Below, piece after piece: positions 31,098-41,604 of a DNA stretch of 64,000 nt; the stretch's first letter is position 1, and each line of letters opens with the position of its first letter. The notes below the pieces were generated by a model, which did no database searches, was not told where the DNA came from, and saw only the letters and a list, made by a program, of their open reading frames with translations. Source of the DNA: an uncultured Gammaproteobacteria bacterium (lineage in GTDB: Bacteria; Patescibacteriota; Patescibacteriia; JAHIZJ01); NCBI GenBank assembly GCA_964371245.1, contig CAYJKP010000003.1, forward strand, positions 8,986-72,985. Direction: 5' to 3'. A program made the translations under genes and the position numbers.

Positions 31098-31529
31098 ATG
31101 CGTTATCTAAGCCAAAAACCCAAAGAAACGATTGCTTTTGCCAAGCGTGTCGCCTCCCGTTTACGCGGTGGCGACGTGGTGGTATTCTCCGGCGGTCTTG
31201 GCAGCGGAAAAACGACCTTTATGAAGGGGGTTGCGAATTCTTTTGGTATTCGTCAGGTTATCCAGAGTCCGACCTTTGTCATTGCTAAACTCTATCGTCT
31301 CAAAAAAAACACAAGCCGGATTCGAGCCAAATATCTTTTGCATATCGACGCCTACCGGGTAGCTGGTCGTTCGCAGTTGGCTGAGCTCGGCCTCAACGAT
31401 CTAATTGGTTCGCCTGACGTGATCACTTGTATTGAAAACCCGAAACGGTTATTTCGCAAACGCGATTATACCCATCGAATCGCGTTGCGGCTCGTTAATA
31501 CTGAGACGCGCTCGATCATCTTCCAATAA
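31098..31529 (+). CDS. tsaE: tRNA threonylcarbamoyladenosine ATPase TsaE
   Basis: GGLGSGKTTF, QSPTF, HIDAYR. Confidence 0.93.
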   Translation: MRYLSQKPKETIAFAKRVASRLRGGDVVVFSGGLGSGKTTFMKGVANSFGIRQVIQSPTFVIAKLYRLKKNTSRIRAKYLLHIDAYRVAGRSQLAELGLNDLIGSPDVITCIENPKRLFRKRDYTHRIALRLVNTETRSIIFQ

Positions 31530-31585
31530 GGCAACAGAAACTGTATAATAGAAACAGCTGAGAGTCTCAGTTTGATAATTCATCC

Positions 31586-31933
31586 TTGCCTATGTTCGCC
31601 CAGTTTCGTTCGGCGCGCCATTCACTAATGCGTCGGGCAGACAATTTACAGCGGCAGCAAAAGCGTTTTCGCCATAATTTTTCCGGCTTCGCGAAATGGA
31701 CGTGGTTTGAATCGGGCCGGGTTATATTACTCGTTCTTGCCTGCGTGGTATCGTTCCCTGTTTATTTGCTCCAACCGGACAACACTGGCTTTGCCCTCCT
31801 GGCCTGGCGCAGTGGCAGCGGCAAGTTCTCCGAATCATATCGTCAATACACCTTGCTGCGACGAATCACCCTGATCTTTGGTTTTTTGTTCGCGTTTTCG
31901 TTGATTCTCTGGGTGTCCAGTATTTTCATCTAA
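31586..31933 (+). CDS. hypothetical membrane protein
   Basis: 115-aa ORF with two hydrophobic segments, filling the gap before a terminator. Confidence 0.55.
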   Translation: MPMFAQFRSARHSLMRRADNLQRQQKRFRHNFSGFAKWTWFESGRVILLVLACVVSFPVYLLQPDNTGFALLAWRSGSGKFSESYRQYTLLRRITLIFGFLFAFSLILWVSSIFI

Positions 31934-31951
31934 AGGTTCTTACCGGAAAAC

Positions 31952-31978
31952 AAAAAACGGCTGTCACGCCGTTTTTTT
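31952..31978. terminator. bidirectional terminator
   Basis: AAAAAACGGC-TGTCAC-GCCGTTTTTT between convergent genes. Confidence 0.8.
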
Positions 31979-31982
31979 GCTA

Positions 31983-32279
31983 TTAGGTGTGGCTCGCCGG
32001 CAGCGGCGCTTTGCTTGATACTTGGTCGCGCTCACTCGCGAGTTCTTTTGCCACCAAATCATCGACCACCATTTTTTCACGGTTGATGCTGATCACCTGA
32101 TCGCGCGACACGCAGAGGTGATGCTTAAAAATACCAGTGATTCCGTGTTTTGTCTTCACGAAGTAGCGGGTAATCCGCTGGCTGAGCTCATCAAGCTCAA
32201 AACCGTCGACGGCGCCAAGATGGGTTTCGGACTTGGTGTAGACCGGGAGTTGAATAAGCTCTTTATTGCTGAGTGACAT
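31983..32279 (-). CDS. PRC-barrel domain protein
   Basis: LIQLPVYTKSETHLGAVDGFELDE pattern; ATG at 32279 overlaps the yidC end. Confidence 0.7.
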   Translation of the reverse strand: MSLSNKELIQLPVYTKSETHLGAVDGFELDELSQRITRYFVKTKHGITGIFKHHLCVSRDQVISINREKMVVDDLVAKELASERDQVSSKAPLPASHT

Positions 32280-33030
32280 CGGTTTTTTCCTGGTGAAGGT
32301 GCCGGCGTAAAAAGACATACTGTTGAAGAACCTGGAACAACGTCGACGCTGCCCAATACAAGGTTAGGCCGGCTGGGAAGCTCACGCCAAAGATAAAAGT
32401 CATAATCGGCATCAAAAACATCATTTGCCGGTTCATGTTTTGCGCGAGATTTCCGCCTTTTGGCTTCGGCTGATGACGGATCATCATCCATGACTGCCAA
32501 TATTGCAGGACGGCGGCGAGCCCCGCTAACACATAGTTCTTTGTCTGCGTTAAATCAACAAAACCGAGAAAATGCGTATGGATCGGCGTGGTCGCATAAA
32601 CATCTCGGAGATAGGTATAAAGGTGTGTCAGTTGATTGGCCGGCAATATGCCGGTAGACGGATCAGTCCGTGAAACAGCGATAAAGACCTGGTATAACGC
32701 AATCAGGATTGGAAACTGGATGAGCAACGGCAGGCAAGATGAGAGCGGGTTTATCTTGTTTTCACGATAGAACTGAACCAGCTGTCGGCTCATTTCCTCT
32801 TTGTTGTTGGCGTATTTTTTTCTCAGGGCATCGAGCTTTGGCTGGATATCCTGCATTTTTTGCTGAGATTTGATCGACGATAGGGAGGGGAGATAGAGAA
32901 CAAGCTTTATAATCGCAGTTACGAGGATGATCGATATTCCCAGGTCATGCGGCGGCAGATAATGATAAATGATCATCAGCAAATTAAAGATTGGCTGAAA
33001 AAGAATGGTATTGAATATTTGTCCGATCAT
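32263..33030 (-). CDS. yidC: membrane protein insertase YidC (short form)
   Basis: MQDIQPKL, NPLSSCLPLLIQFPILIALY, GLTLYW. Confidence 0.93.
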   Translation of the reverse strand: MIGQIFNTILFQPIFNLLMIIYHYLPPHDLGISIILVTAIIKLVLYLPSLSSIKSQQKMQDIQPKLDALRKKYANNKEEMSRQLVQFYRENKINPLSSCLPLLIQFPILIALYQVFIAVSRTDPSTGILPANQLTHLYTYLRDVYATTPIHTHFLGFVDLTQTKNYVLAGLAAVLQYWQSWMMIRHQPKPKGGNLAQNMNRQMMFLMPIMTFIFGVSFPAGLTLYWAASTLFQVLQQYVFLRRHLHQEKTDVTQQ

Positions 33031-33034
33031 ATTG

Positions 33035-33289
33035 TTACCTTACTGGGTCAATCCCGCCCTTCGAAAACGGGTTGCATTTTAATATTCGTACAAATCCTTT
33101 GTACGCACCGCGAATAAGTCCATGCTTTTCGATCGATTGATAGGCATAATCAGAGCACGTCGGGGAATACCGGCAATAGCCATACGGATGGAGGTGTAAC
33201 AATGGCCCATGATCAGGCGACAGGGTTTTTTGATACACAAATATCCCCTTTAGGACTGATTTCTTTATTATTTTACCTAATTTTAGCAT
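33035..33289 (-). CDS. yidD: membrane protein insertion efficiency factor YidD
   Basis: CRYSPTCSDY, RILKCNPFSKGGIDPV. Confidence 0.95.
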   Translation of the reverse strand: MLKLGKIIKKSVLKGIFVYQKTLSPDHGPLLHLHPYGYCRYSPTCSDYAYQSIEKHGLIRGAYKGFVRILKCNPFSKGGIDPVR

Positions 33290-33292
33290 ATT

Positions 33293-33631
33293 TTATAGTA
33301 ATGCGCTTCTTTTTAAAATAAATGCTATATCTTGATTTATTTCGCTAAAACTAGCCTTAATAATCGTTTTTTTCACAATAATCGCGCAGTCGTAGCCATT
33401 TTTTATTTTGGCTAGTTTTAGCCTTATTATTTCACTTATTCTTCTTTTTATGAGATTTCTGTCTGTGGCCTTCTTCGCTATCTTCTGAGAAACGACAATG
33501 CCGAATCTCGATGACGGCAAGCCGTTTTCTGCTTTTCGGATGACGGCATACTTCGAAAAAAAATGGGCTCCTTTTATATAGACCCGACGAAAATCACGGT
33601 CGTTCGTTAAGCGATGTGATCGGGGGAGCAT
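33293..33631 (-). CDS. rnpA: ribonuclease P protein component
   Basis: RFGIVVSQKIAKKATDRNLIKRR; conserved position. Confidence 0.95.
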   Translation of the reverse strand: MLPRSHRLTNDRDFRRVYIKGAHFFSKYAVIRKAENGLPSSRFGIVVSQKIAKKATDRNLIKRRISEIIRLKLAKIKNGYDCAIIVKKTIIKASFSEINQDIAFILKRSALL

Positions 33632-33640
33632 GATGTTTTT

Positions 33641-33778
33641 CTAGACTGACAGCCGGCGTCTTTTCTTTAGCCTTCGACGACGCAAAATCGCTTTACCGTT
33701 TTTTGTGCTCATTCGTTGGCGGAAACCATGTTTTCGCGCGCGGCGTCTTTTTTTTGGCTGATAGGTTCGTTTCGGCAT
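33641..33778 (-). CDS. rpmH: 50S ribosomal protein L34
   Basis: [25 protein letters not shown]. Confidence 0.97.
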   Translation of the reverse strand: MPKRTYQPKKRRRARKHGFRQRMSTKNGKAILRRRRLKKRRRLSV

Positions 33779-33975
33779 AACTAAAAAGAATAATAATTTC
33801 GTGGTTATTCTACCAAGAAGTGTCGGTTTGGTCAACGATTATGTTTATTAGCCATTTCCTCCACCCCTCATCCACATGTTATAAACCTTTTTTATTTAGA
33901 CAACCGTTTTATCTTCGGCGATTTCATGGTATAGTCTAGTTCTGAGTTTTTATTTTTTTGCTATATCGACGGGCT

Positions 33976-35358
33976 ATGACAAACGAACAACTCTGGGAAT
34001 CAGTACTTGGAGAATTAGAACTTACCCTAAGTAAAGCAAACTTCACAACCTGGTTTAAAAATACGTTTATTGCTTCGTATGACGAGAATATTGTTGTGAT
34101 CGCGGTACCAAATGCTTTTACAAAAACCTGGTTTGAAAACAAATACAACGCCCCAATTCAAAAAACGCTTCGGCACCTGACAAGCAATGAACATTTAGAG
34201 GTAACCTATAAAATTACCAGCGCCCATAATTACCGGGTGCGCGAACTTCAGTCAAATGATCTGGCTGGGCCATCGGCGGCGGCTCCTGAAACAAGCGCCG
34301 TGCCGGCCGAGGAAATAAACACCGGTCTGAGCGAGGGTGGTTTAAACCCACGCTATTCGTTCGATAATTTCATCGTCGGGAAGGGAAATGAGCTGGCCAA
34401 GGCAGCGGCCGTGGCCGTAGCCAATAAACTCGGGACTGTCTATAACCCGCTTTTTATTTATGGCGGGGTCGGCTTGGGTAAAACCCACCTCATGCAGGCG
34501 ATCGGCAACGAGGTACTGCAGAAGCAAAAAGGGAAACAGACATTGTACGTGACTTGTGAAAAATTTACGAGCGAATTTATCCAGGCGGTTGGACAAGGTA
34601 ATGCAGCTGATTTCAAAAATCGGTATCGCAACGTTGATGTCCTCCTAATTGACGACATTCAATTTCTGGCTGGCAAAGAAGGGACGCAGGAAGAGTTTTT
34701 TCATACGTTTAACGCCCTCCATCACGCCAACAAACAAGTAGTCATTAGCTCTGATCGACCGCCGAAGGCCATCCCAGCGCTCGAAAATAGGCTGATATCG
34801 CGTTTTGAATGGGGGATGATCGTTGATATCTCGCAGCCCGACTTTGAAACGCGTATGGCAATTCTTGAATTAAAATGCTCCAGCAAGAAACGCGTTTTAG
34901 ACCAAAAAATACTGCATTTTATTGCTAATTCTGTCCAAAACAACATTCGCGAACTCGAGGGCGCCCTGAATAGAATCCTCGCCTACCATGAACTTAATAA
35001 CACCGAGCCAACCCTTGATTCGACGCGCGCCCTACTTTCGAACATTACCAGTCGACCAAAGAAAGGAGCGGTCGTCCCAAAACACGTTATTCAAACGGTA
35101 GCGAGTTTTTATGATATTCAGATTGAGGATATTACCGGCGCCAGCCGTAAAAAAGAGCTCGTTGTTCCTCGACAAATGATTATGTTTCTGTTACGCGAAG
35201 AGGTGGGGTGTTCCTACCCGCTGATTGGCCAGGAGCTTGGCGGGCGCGATCACACCACCGCCATGCACGCACACACAAAAATTAAAAACGAATTACAAAC
35301 CAACGAAAAACTCAACCAAGACATACAGCTCATCAAGCAGCGTTTATATAATATGTAA
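33976..35358 (+). CDS. dnaA: chromosomal replication initiator DnaA
   Basis: YNPLFIYGGVGLGKTHL, LLIDDIQF, NIRELEGAL, GGRDHTT. Confidence 0.98.
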   Translation: MTNEQLWESVLGELELTLSKANFTTWFKNTFIASYDENIVVIAVPNAFTKTWFENKYNAPIQKTLRHLTSNEHLEVTYKITSAHNYRVRELQSNDLAGPSAAAPETSAVPAEEINTGLSEGGLNPRYSFDNFIVGKGNELAKAAAVAVANKLGTVYNPLFIYGGVGLGKTHLMQAIGNEVLQKQKGKQTLYVTCEKFTSEFIQAVGQGNAADFKNRYRNVDVLLIDDIQFLAGKEGTQEEFFHTFNALHHANKQVVISSDRPPKAIPALENRLISRFEWGMIVDISQPDFETRMAILELKCSSKKRVLDQKILHFIANSVQNNIRELEGALNRILAYHELNNTEPTLDSTRALLSNITSRPKKGAVVPKHVIQTVASFYDIQIEDITGASRKKELVVPRQMIMFLLREEVGCSYPLIGQELGGRDHTTAMHAHTKIKNELQTNEKLNQDIQLIKQRLYNM

Positions 35359-35590
35359 GCCTGTGCAGGATGTGTGGGCGGTGTGTGACTCGATTGTGTG
35401 AAAATTCTTGCTCCTTCTATCTCCAATAAAACTTATCCCGCTTGTACGCCCGCATCATGCACGAATCCTCCCTCGCTTGCCCACATGCCAAATCGTTGTT
35501 TCATCAATCTGGGCGGGACGAATGTGATCGCTCGATGAGTTATCAACGTCTCTATATCTATTACTATATTTATTAATCTCCCTAAGCTAT
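35359..35590. other. probable replication origin region (degenerate DnaA boxes, AT-rich end)
   Basis: dnaA-dnaN spacer with box-like 9-mers (TGTGTGAAA, TGTGCAGGA, TTATCCCGC, TTGCCCACA, TTATCAACG) and an AT-rich tract; TCATCCACA also lies upstream of dnaA. Confidence 0.45.
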
Positions 35591-36694
35591 ATGAAATTCT
35601 CTTGTCTCCAGGAAAATTTAAACAAAGGTCTGGCTCATGTCGGACACCTCGCAAGCAAAAATGTTTCTTTGCCGATTTTGAACAACATCATGATTCAATG
35701 CGAGAACGGAGCTATCAAACTTTCGGCAACGAATCTCGAGGTTGGCGTCAACACGATTATTCGTGGCAAGGTTGAGGCCGAGGGTAAATTAACGATACCA
35801 GCTCGTACCATCTCGGATTATGTTTCGTTGTTGTCTGACTCAAAAGTTGAGGTGGTGAGCGAGGGGCTTGAGCTGAAGATTGCTACCAAGAACGCCCGCA
35901 CAACCATCAAGGGCCAATCCGCCGATGAGTTTCCCTTGATCCCGAAAATAGAGCATAAAAACCCCTACCAAGTTCACACGAAAGACCTCAAAAAGGCTTT
36001 AAATCAAGTGGTTTACGCGGTGGCACAAGATGAATCACGGCCTGAAATAAGTGGTGTTTTTTTCAGTTTTTCGGGTAATTATCTGACGGTTGTGGCGACG
36101 GACAGTTATCGCTTGGCTGAGCGAAAAATTAAACTCGTTCAGCCAGCCAAAGAGACGGTTGAATTAATTGTGCCAACCCGGACGATCCAGGAATTGACAC
36201 GCATTATTGGCGAGGGGGCCGAAACGGTCGAAATGTACTTTACTGAAAATCAAATTCTTTTCGTCTGCGAAGGCATTGAGTTAATCTCTCGGGTGATTGA
36301 GGGGCGCTATCCGGATTATAAACAGATTATTCCGCAAGAACATAAAACACTGGCGACGTTTGATAAAGAAGAAATGATTAAGGCGGTGAAGTCGGCTGCG
36401 TTGTTTTCGAAATCCGGCATCAACGACGTCAGTCTAAAAATCCAACCGGACAAGCATCAGTTGGTTGTGGCTTCAACAAACGCCCAGCTCGGTGAAAGCA
36501 TAACTGAGGTACCAGCCGAAATTGAGGGCGACGCGAACGAGGGTGTATTTAATTATCGTTATCTCATTGACGGTCTTCAGAATCTTGATGTTGACGGCGT
36601 TATGCTGGCGTTAATCGATGGGGCTAATCCCGGCACCCTTCGGGCGAAGAGTGGTACTGACTTTCTCTACATCATTATGCCGATAAAACAGTAG
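35591..36694 (+). CDS. dnaN: DNA polymerase III beta clamp
   Basis: SATNLEVG, VATDSYRL, EGRYPDY, IIMPI. Confidence 0.97.
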   Translation: MKFSCLQENLNKGLAHVGHLASKNVSLPILNNIMIQCENGAIKLSATNLEVGVNTIIRGKVEAEGKLTIPARTISDYVSLLSDSKVEVVSEGLELKIATKNARTTIKGQSADEFPLIPKIEHKNPYQVHTKDLKKALNQVVYAVAQDESRPEISGVFFSFSGNYLTVVATDSYRLAERKIKLVQPAKETVELIVPTRTIQELTRIIGEGAETVEMYFTENQILFVCEGIELISRVIEGRYPDYKQIIPQEHKTLATFDKEEMIKAVKSAALFSKSGINDVSLKIQPDKHQLVVASTNAQLGESITEVPAEIEGDANEGVFNYRYLIDGLQNLDVDGVMLALIDGANPGTLRAKSGTDFLYIIMPIKQ

Positions 36695-36696
36695 GC

Positions 36697-36990
36697 ATGG
36701 AACGGTTGTCCCCTCAGCATCTCAATATCTCGCTCGCCCGCGCAAAAATTAAGCCGCAGGTTGAAGCGTCGCAAGTCCTTGAATATTTTGAAACACTCCT
36801 GATTGAACAGTGGGGCAAAAAAGTAGTGACGAAAGTGAAGCCGCTGTCGCTGATCGACGGAACGCTCCGGGTGGCGGTACTCAGTTCGGTGTTGGCGGGC
36901 GAGGTGCGTCTGCGTGAACACCAGCTATTAAAAAAAATAAACCAGCGCTATTGTCTGGCCAAGGCAAAGAAGATCGTGTTGGAAATATAA
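36697..36990 (+). CDS. DciA/DUF721-family protein
   Basis: WGKKVVTKVKPLSLIDGTLRVAVLSSVLAGEV pattern; follows dnaN. Confidence 0.8.
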   Translation: MERLSPQHLNISLARAKIKPQVEASQVLEYFETLLIEQWGKKVVTKVKPLSLIDGTLRVAVLSSVLAGEVRLREHQLLKKINQRYCLAKAKKIVLEI

Positions 36991-39837
36991 TTATTCGATC
37001 GTGACCGTACGGTAGTCGCTGAGATCGGTTGTGCCGTCCTCGAGTTTCACCTCAAGATAGAGGCGATATGAACCAGCGGGCGGGGCGGCGGCCCAGGTGA
37101 CCTGAAAGCGATTCGAGGTAAGCTCGGTCGTTTTTTGTATTAATTGCGGTTCGGTGCCGAGCAGGTAGACGGCGACCGAGGTAATACTCTTCGGATGGTA
37201 CGCATAGCCAGAGATGGTAAATGGAAAATCAGCCTGTGTGAGAGCGGCGTTTTGTGTTGGGGTGGTGAAGGTGTAGGTTGGGCTTTCGCTCGAGAGGAGT
37301 AGGTTGAGCGTCCGGTCGATTTCGACGACACCACCGCTTTTATCGTAAAACAGCGATTTTAAAGTATAAAAACCGTTCGTTTTTTTTGAGACGTCTGCTT
37401 CAAATGAAAACGGCGACTCAGTCAGGCTACCCAGTTTTGTTGAATCAAGATACAGTTCAACGCGATCAAGCTTGTACGCAGCGTCGACGCGTACGGTAAT
37501 TTTTAGCGGCGAGCTGGTGATAACGGCATTGTCGGCGGGCGAGAGCACGGCGACCGCGTCTTTTTCTTTGCTGCCATCTTTGCGCAGGCTGCAACTTTCT
37601 TTTTCAAGGGGTTTGCTCGAAGTGACATAGCCGGGTTGACCACCTGCCCAGCGCTGAACCCCCTCTTCCCAGCGATTGAATTGAGGGTCCTTCTGCGGAT
37701 CGGAGGGTGCTGGGTCGAGCGGTTTATCTTTATTGACGTAATACAAAATGGTGTGCGTTTCTTTGTAGGTCTTTTCGGCAATGTACTCTTTCGGATAGGT
37801 GTTAAGGCATTCGTCGGGAATAACCCGGCCGGTCAGAGAATCAACCTTCACCGTGTGAACTTCATCAATTTGACCATTGAGCATCATCTTGTCGGTATTG
37901 ATGGATTTCGGCGGTTTAAACGTCTCGGAGGGCGTGCCGGCGAGCAGGGTTTCCATAAATTGATGCCAGATCGGCGCGGCCACAACGACGCCGTCCGCCC
38001 CGCTTTTCATCTCCGTGTTGTCGTTATTGCCCACCCAAACACCGGCGGCCAACGATGGGGTGTAGCCAATTGTCCAGGCGTCTCGGAAATCGTTCGTCGT
38101 ACCGGTTTTTGCGGCCACGACGCGGTCTGAAAGAATCAGCGGACTGCGACCGCCAAAAATAAAGCTCCGGGCGTTATTGTCAGTCAGAATACTGTTTATA
38201 TTTCTGGCTACTTCTTCATCCAAGACGCGCGATTCCTCGGGTTTGGATTCTTCGAGCACCTTCCCGTCTTTGTCCTCAACTTTAAGAATCGCCACGGTCG
38301 GATGCCGCAGGCCTTCGCGAGCGAAGACAGAAAACGCGCTGACATGCTCTAACAATTTAACTTCGCCACCGCCTAAGACCAGAGAAAGGCCGTAGCGTTC
38401 TTCGTCGTTCAGGGTGGAATATCCCATCGCGTGAGCGTTTTCGAGTACGTTTTTGAGGCCGGCTAAATATAATGTTTTCACCGCCGGGATATTTAATGAA
38501 CCAGCCAGCGCTTGGCGCATTGAAACCGGTCCATGCTCGCGGCCGTCGTAGTTGTGGGGCGTATAATTACCGAAGTTTGTCGTTACGTCGAAAAGCATGG
38601 TTTGTGGGCTGTAGCCCTTGCTAAAGGCAGTGGCGTACACAATTGGTTTGAAGGACGAGCCGGGTTGGCGCGGGCGCAGGGCGACATCAACGTTTCCGTC
38701 ATGTTCAGTGTCGAAATAATCAGCCGAACCGACCAAACTTAGAATCTCGCCGGTTTTCGGGTCGAGCGCGACAAGCGAGGCGTTTGAGCCGTTATACTGG
38801 CGCACCTTGGCCATCCCGTCCGTGATCGCTTTTTCGGCAGCGTCTTGCTTGTACATGTCTAACGTGGTTGTTACCTTCAAACCGCCTTGTTCGACAAGTT
38901 TTTCGCCGTATTTTTCAGTCAGCAATTCTTTGACGTAGAAAACGAAATGCGGCGCCTCGATATTTTCGCGAAGCTTTTTGAACTCAAGCTTAGAATCTTT
39001 CGCCTCGGCGGCCTGGTCTTTTGTAATATACCCAAGCTCGGCCATCTGATCGATAATATATTGCTGGCGGCCGATCAACTCATCGACGTGACTGCCAAAC
39101 GGGGAATAGTAGGTTGGCGATTTCGGGAGGGCGGCGATAATTGCCGCCTCGGCCAAATTTAAGTTTTTAGCGCTTTTGCCGAAATAGGTTTGGGCCGCCG
39201 ATTCGACGCCATAGGCAACCGACCCGTACGGAATTTCGTTGAAATACATCTTTAATATCTGGTCTTTTGAAAACTTCCGCTCGATCTGATAGGCTAATAC
39301 CCACTCTTTAATTTTGCGTGTGATTTTTTTATCCGGACCGAGAATGGCATTTTTTACGAGCTGTTGTGTGATCGTTGAACCGCCCGGTCGCCGCTGTCCG
39401 ATTGAGGTGACGTTTATCCATACCGCCCGAATCAAGCCGGTAATTGACACGCCCTTGTGTTCATAGAACTGGCGATCCTCGGCGACAATGGTAGCATTTT
39501 TTAAATTATCCGGAATATCTTCAAGTTGGACAATCGTTCGTTTCTCGTCGCCGTGTATTTCATACAAAATTTGCGTGCCCGTGCGGTCATAGATTCTGGT
39601 GCTCTGGGCGACATTTCGGGTCAAGAGCTTGTTCGGGTCAGGCAGGTCGCGGCTAAACCAGGCAAACGCGCCAACAACAATAATGCCGCCGAGCAGAATC
39701 AGTATCACCGCAACTACCACGGCTCGCCGCCACCACCAAAAACGCGGACGAAGTTTTTTATCTGCTGGTTTGGGCTTCTCTTCCGCGTTCGTGGCCTTCC
39801 AAGTTTTCTGATATGGGGTGAGTTGGGGGATTGGCAT
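36991..39837 (-). CDS. class A penicillin-binding protein (transglycosylase-transpeptidase) with C-terminal Ig-like domains
   Basis: EDRQFYEH, GGSTITQQLVKN, SSFK, SLN, KTGT; start could be 39867. Confidence 0.95.
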   Translation of the reverse strand: MPIPQLTPYQKTWKATNAEEKPKPADKKLRPRFWWWRRAVVVAVILILLGGIIVVGAFAWFSRDLPDPNKLLTRNVAQSTRIYDRTGTQILYEIHGDEKRTIVQLEDIPDNLKNATIVAEDRQFYEHKGVSITGLIRAVWINVTSIGQRRPGGSTITQQLVKNAILGPDKKITRKIKEWVLAYQIERKFSKDQILKMYFNEIPYGSVAYGVESAAQTYFGKSAKNLNLAEAAIIAALPKSPTYYSPFGSHVDELIGRQQYIIDQMAELGYITKDQAAEAKDSKLEFKKLRENIEAPHFVFYVKELLTEKYGEKLVEQGGLKVTTTLDMYKQDAAEKAITDGMAKVRQYNGSNASLVALDPKTGEILSLVGSADYFDTEHDGNVDVALRPRQPGSSFKPIVYATAFSKGYSPQTMLFDVTTNFGNYTPHNYDGREHGPVSMRQALAGSLNIPAVKTLYLAGLKNVLENAHAMGYSTLNDEERYGLSLVLGGGEVKLLEHVSAFSVFAREGLRHPTVAILKVEDKDGKVLEESKPEESRVLDEEVARNINSILTDNNARSFIFGGRSPLILSDRVVAAKTGTTNDFRDAWTIGYTPSLAAGVWVGNNDNTEMKSGADGVVVAAPIWHQFMETLLAGTPSETFKPPKSINTDKMMLNGQIDEVHTVKVDSLTGRVIPDECLNTYPKEYIAEKTYKETHTILYYVNKDKPLDPAPSDPQKDPQFNRWEEGVQRWAGGQPGYVTSSKPLEKESCSLRKDGSKEKDAVAVLSPADNAVITSSPLKITVRVDAAYKLDRVELYLDSTKLGSLTESPFSFEADVSKKTNGFYTLKSLFYDKSGGVVEIDRTLNLLLSSESPTYTFTTPTQNAALTQADFPFTISGYAYHPKSITSVAVYLLGTEPQLIQKTTELTSNRFQVTWAAAPPAGSYRLYLEVKLEDGTTDLSDYRTVTIE

Positions 39838-39919
39838 AATAGGGCGAAGATAAGACAAAAAATCCAATAACTAACTAGCTTTGTCATTATACCAAAAGTC
39901 GACTATAATTATAAGTACT

Positions 39920-41110
39920 ATGGCGACAAAACGAAAAACACCTGAAGACTTGCTTAGCCGCGGGGTTGAGGAGATAATCCAGCGTTCGAGCCTGGAGGAG
40001 AAACTCCGCAGCGGGCGGCCGTTGCGCATCAAGCACGGCGTCGACCCGACGACCCAAGACCTTCATTTGGGCTATGCGACGGTCTACCAGAAACTCCGGG
40101 CGTTTCAAGAACTTGGCCACACCATTATTTTTTTAGTCGGCGATTTTACCGCTCGATTTGGCGATCCGACGGATCGCGTTCAACAACGACAGCTTCGTGC
40201 CAAAGACGACATTGAGGCCAAAGCGCAAAGCTACATCAATCAAATTGGAAAAATACTAGATATCAAGAAAACGGAAATCCGCCGAAACTCTGAATGGTAC
40301 GAGAAAATGTCAGCCGAAGAACTTCTCCAGCTGCTGTCCCGGTTTACCGTCTCCCGCCTGTTGGAGCGGGACATGTTTGAAAAACGGCTCAAGGCGAAAA
40401 AAGAAATTGGCTACCACGAACCCGTTTACCCGATTCTCCAGGCCTACGACTCGGTTCAGCTGCAATCAGATTTTACGGTCATTGGCACGGACCAAAAGTT
40501 TAACGAACTCCAGGGCCGGATTTTGCAGAAAGAATTCGGCCAGGCGCCGCAGGACGTCATGACAATGAAGCTGCTGGTCGGCACCGACGGACAGCGCAAG
40601 ATGAGCCAGAGCCTCGGCAACTACATCGGCATCACCGAATCGGGAAATGAAATGTACGGCAAGGTCATGTCGATACCGGACTCAGTCATCCTTCATTATT
40701 TTGAACTAGCCACCCAGGTGCCGCTCAGCGAGTTAAAAACGATCAAGGAATCAATCGCGGGCGGCGAGAATCCCAGAAACATCAAGGCGCGCCTGGCCAA
40801 GGAGATTGTCCAGCAATACCACGGCGCGGCCGAAGCCAAGAGGGCGGCGGCTGAATTTGACCGTGTGTTCCGGGACAAGCAAACGCCTAAAGAAACCATC
40901 GCCTACGCGGCGCCTAAGCGCCCCGTCACCCTTTCGGACGTGCTGGTTGAGACAAAACAGGTGTCCAGCAAGTCCGAGGCGCGCCGTTTGATAGAACAAG
41001 GCGGCGTTAAGATAGACGGCCGGCCGCACCTCGACTGGCAGCGCCCGGTAAGCCTAAAAAAGGGAATGGTTGTCCAGGCCGGGAAGCGGAAGTTTATAAA
41101 GATTCAATAG
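39920..41110 (+). CDS. tyrS: tyrosine--tRNA ligase
   Basis: GVDPT, LHLGY, YPILQAYD, GTDQKFN, KMSQS, C-terminal S4 domain. Confidence 0.97.
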   Translation: MATKRKTPEDLLSRGVEEIIQRSSLEEKLRSGRPLRIKHGVDPTTQDLHLGYATVYQKLRAFQELGHTIIFLVGDFTARFGDPTDRVQQRQLRAKDDIEAKAQSYINQIGKILDIKKTEIRRNSEWYEKMSAEELLQLLSRFTVSRLLERDMFEKRLKAKKEIGYHEPVYPILQAYDSVQLQSDFTVIGTDQKFNELQGRILQKEFGQAPQDVMTMKLLVGTDGQRKMSQSLGNYIGITESGNEMYGKVMSIPDSVILHYFELATQVPLSELKTIKESIAGGENPRNIKARLAKEIVQQYHGAAEAKRAAAEFDRVFRDKQTPKETIAYAAPKRPVTLSDVLVETKQVSSKSEARRLIEQGGVKIDGRPHLDWQRPVSLKKGMVVQAGKRKFIKIQ

Positions 41111-41117
41111 ACTTTCA

Positions 41118-41158
41118 ATATAAATAACGCGGACAAGAGGATGCCGCGTTATTTATAT
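41118..41158. terminator. 15-bp-stem hairpin, probable bidirectional terminator between tyrS and the cassette array
   Basis: ATATAAATAACGCGG (41118-41132) / CCGCGTTATTTATAT (41144-41158). Confidence 0.7.
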
Positions 41159-41175
41159 AGTCAGAATATTATGCC

Positions 41176-41261
41176 ATATAACGTTTGCGTATATCTGATG
41201 TCGCGCTAGCGATATGTGTGGAGGCTCCAGAAGAGCCGTAACCAGATATACGCTGTTAGCT
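41176..41261 (-). repeat. attC-like site 1 (86 bp)
   Basis: + strand ATATAAC-GTTT-GCGTATATCTG...CAGATATACGC-T-GTTAGCT. Confidence 0.85.
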
Positions 41262-41325
41262 GATCGTATTCCTTTTCTTTTGTTCTCTAGCAAGAGAACG
41301 TGTGAAAAAAATCTTTCAAATTTCT

Positions 41326-41601
41326 TTAATTTTTACTAGTTGCCACTAATATTGCAATAACTGAAACAACTAGAGAAGCAAACGCAATAAAAGTGGAAAT
41401 GAAAGTTAATCTGAGAGTCCGATTGAGATTCTTCAGTTCTGACAACTGCATCGCCTCAGACGCGCTTAGAGTCATTTTACATTTGCTGCATTGAAACACT
41501 GCTGGAACCATTTCACCACCATGACCAGTATTAGTGTTGGGCGATGCCTCTCTTAGTGTTTGCCAATCATGTTTGCATTTAAGTGCTTCCATGGGGTCCA
41601 C
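41326..41601 (-). CDS. cassette A gene 2: small Zn-ribbon-like protein with C-terminal TM
   Basis: CKH...CSKC and hydrophobic C-terminus; stop codon abuts the cassette inverted repeat. Confidence 0.6.
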   Translation of the reverse strand: MDPMEALKCKHDWQTLREASPNTNTGHGGEMVPAVFQCSKCKMTLSASEAMQLSELKNLNRTLRLTFISTFIAFASLVVSVIAILVATSKN

Positions 41602-41604
41602 GAG

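Noticed and set aside
41118-41158. TAAC...GTTA hairpin after tyrS as a tenth attC-like site
   Set aside because: Fully symmetric short stem with A/T tails, outside the reconstructed empty site; fits a terminator
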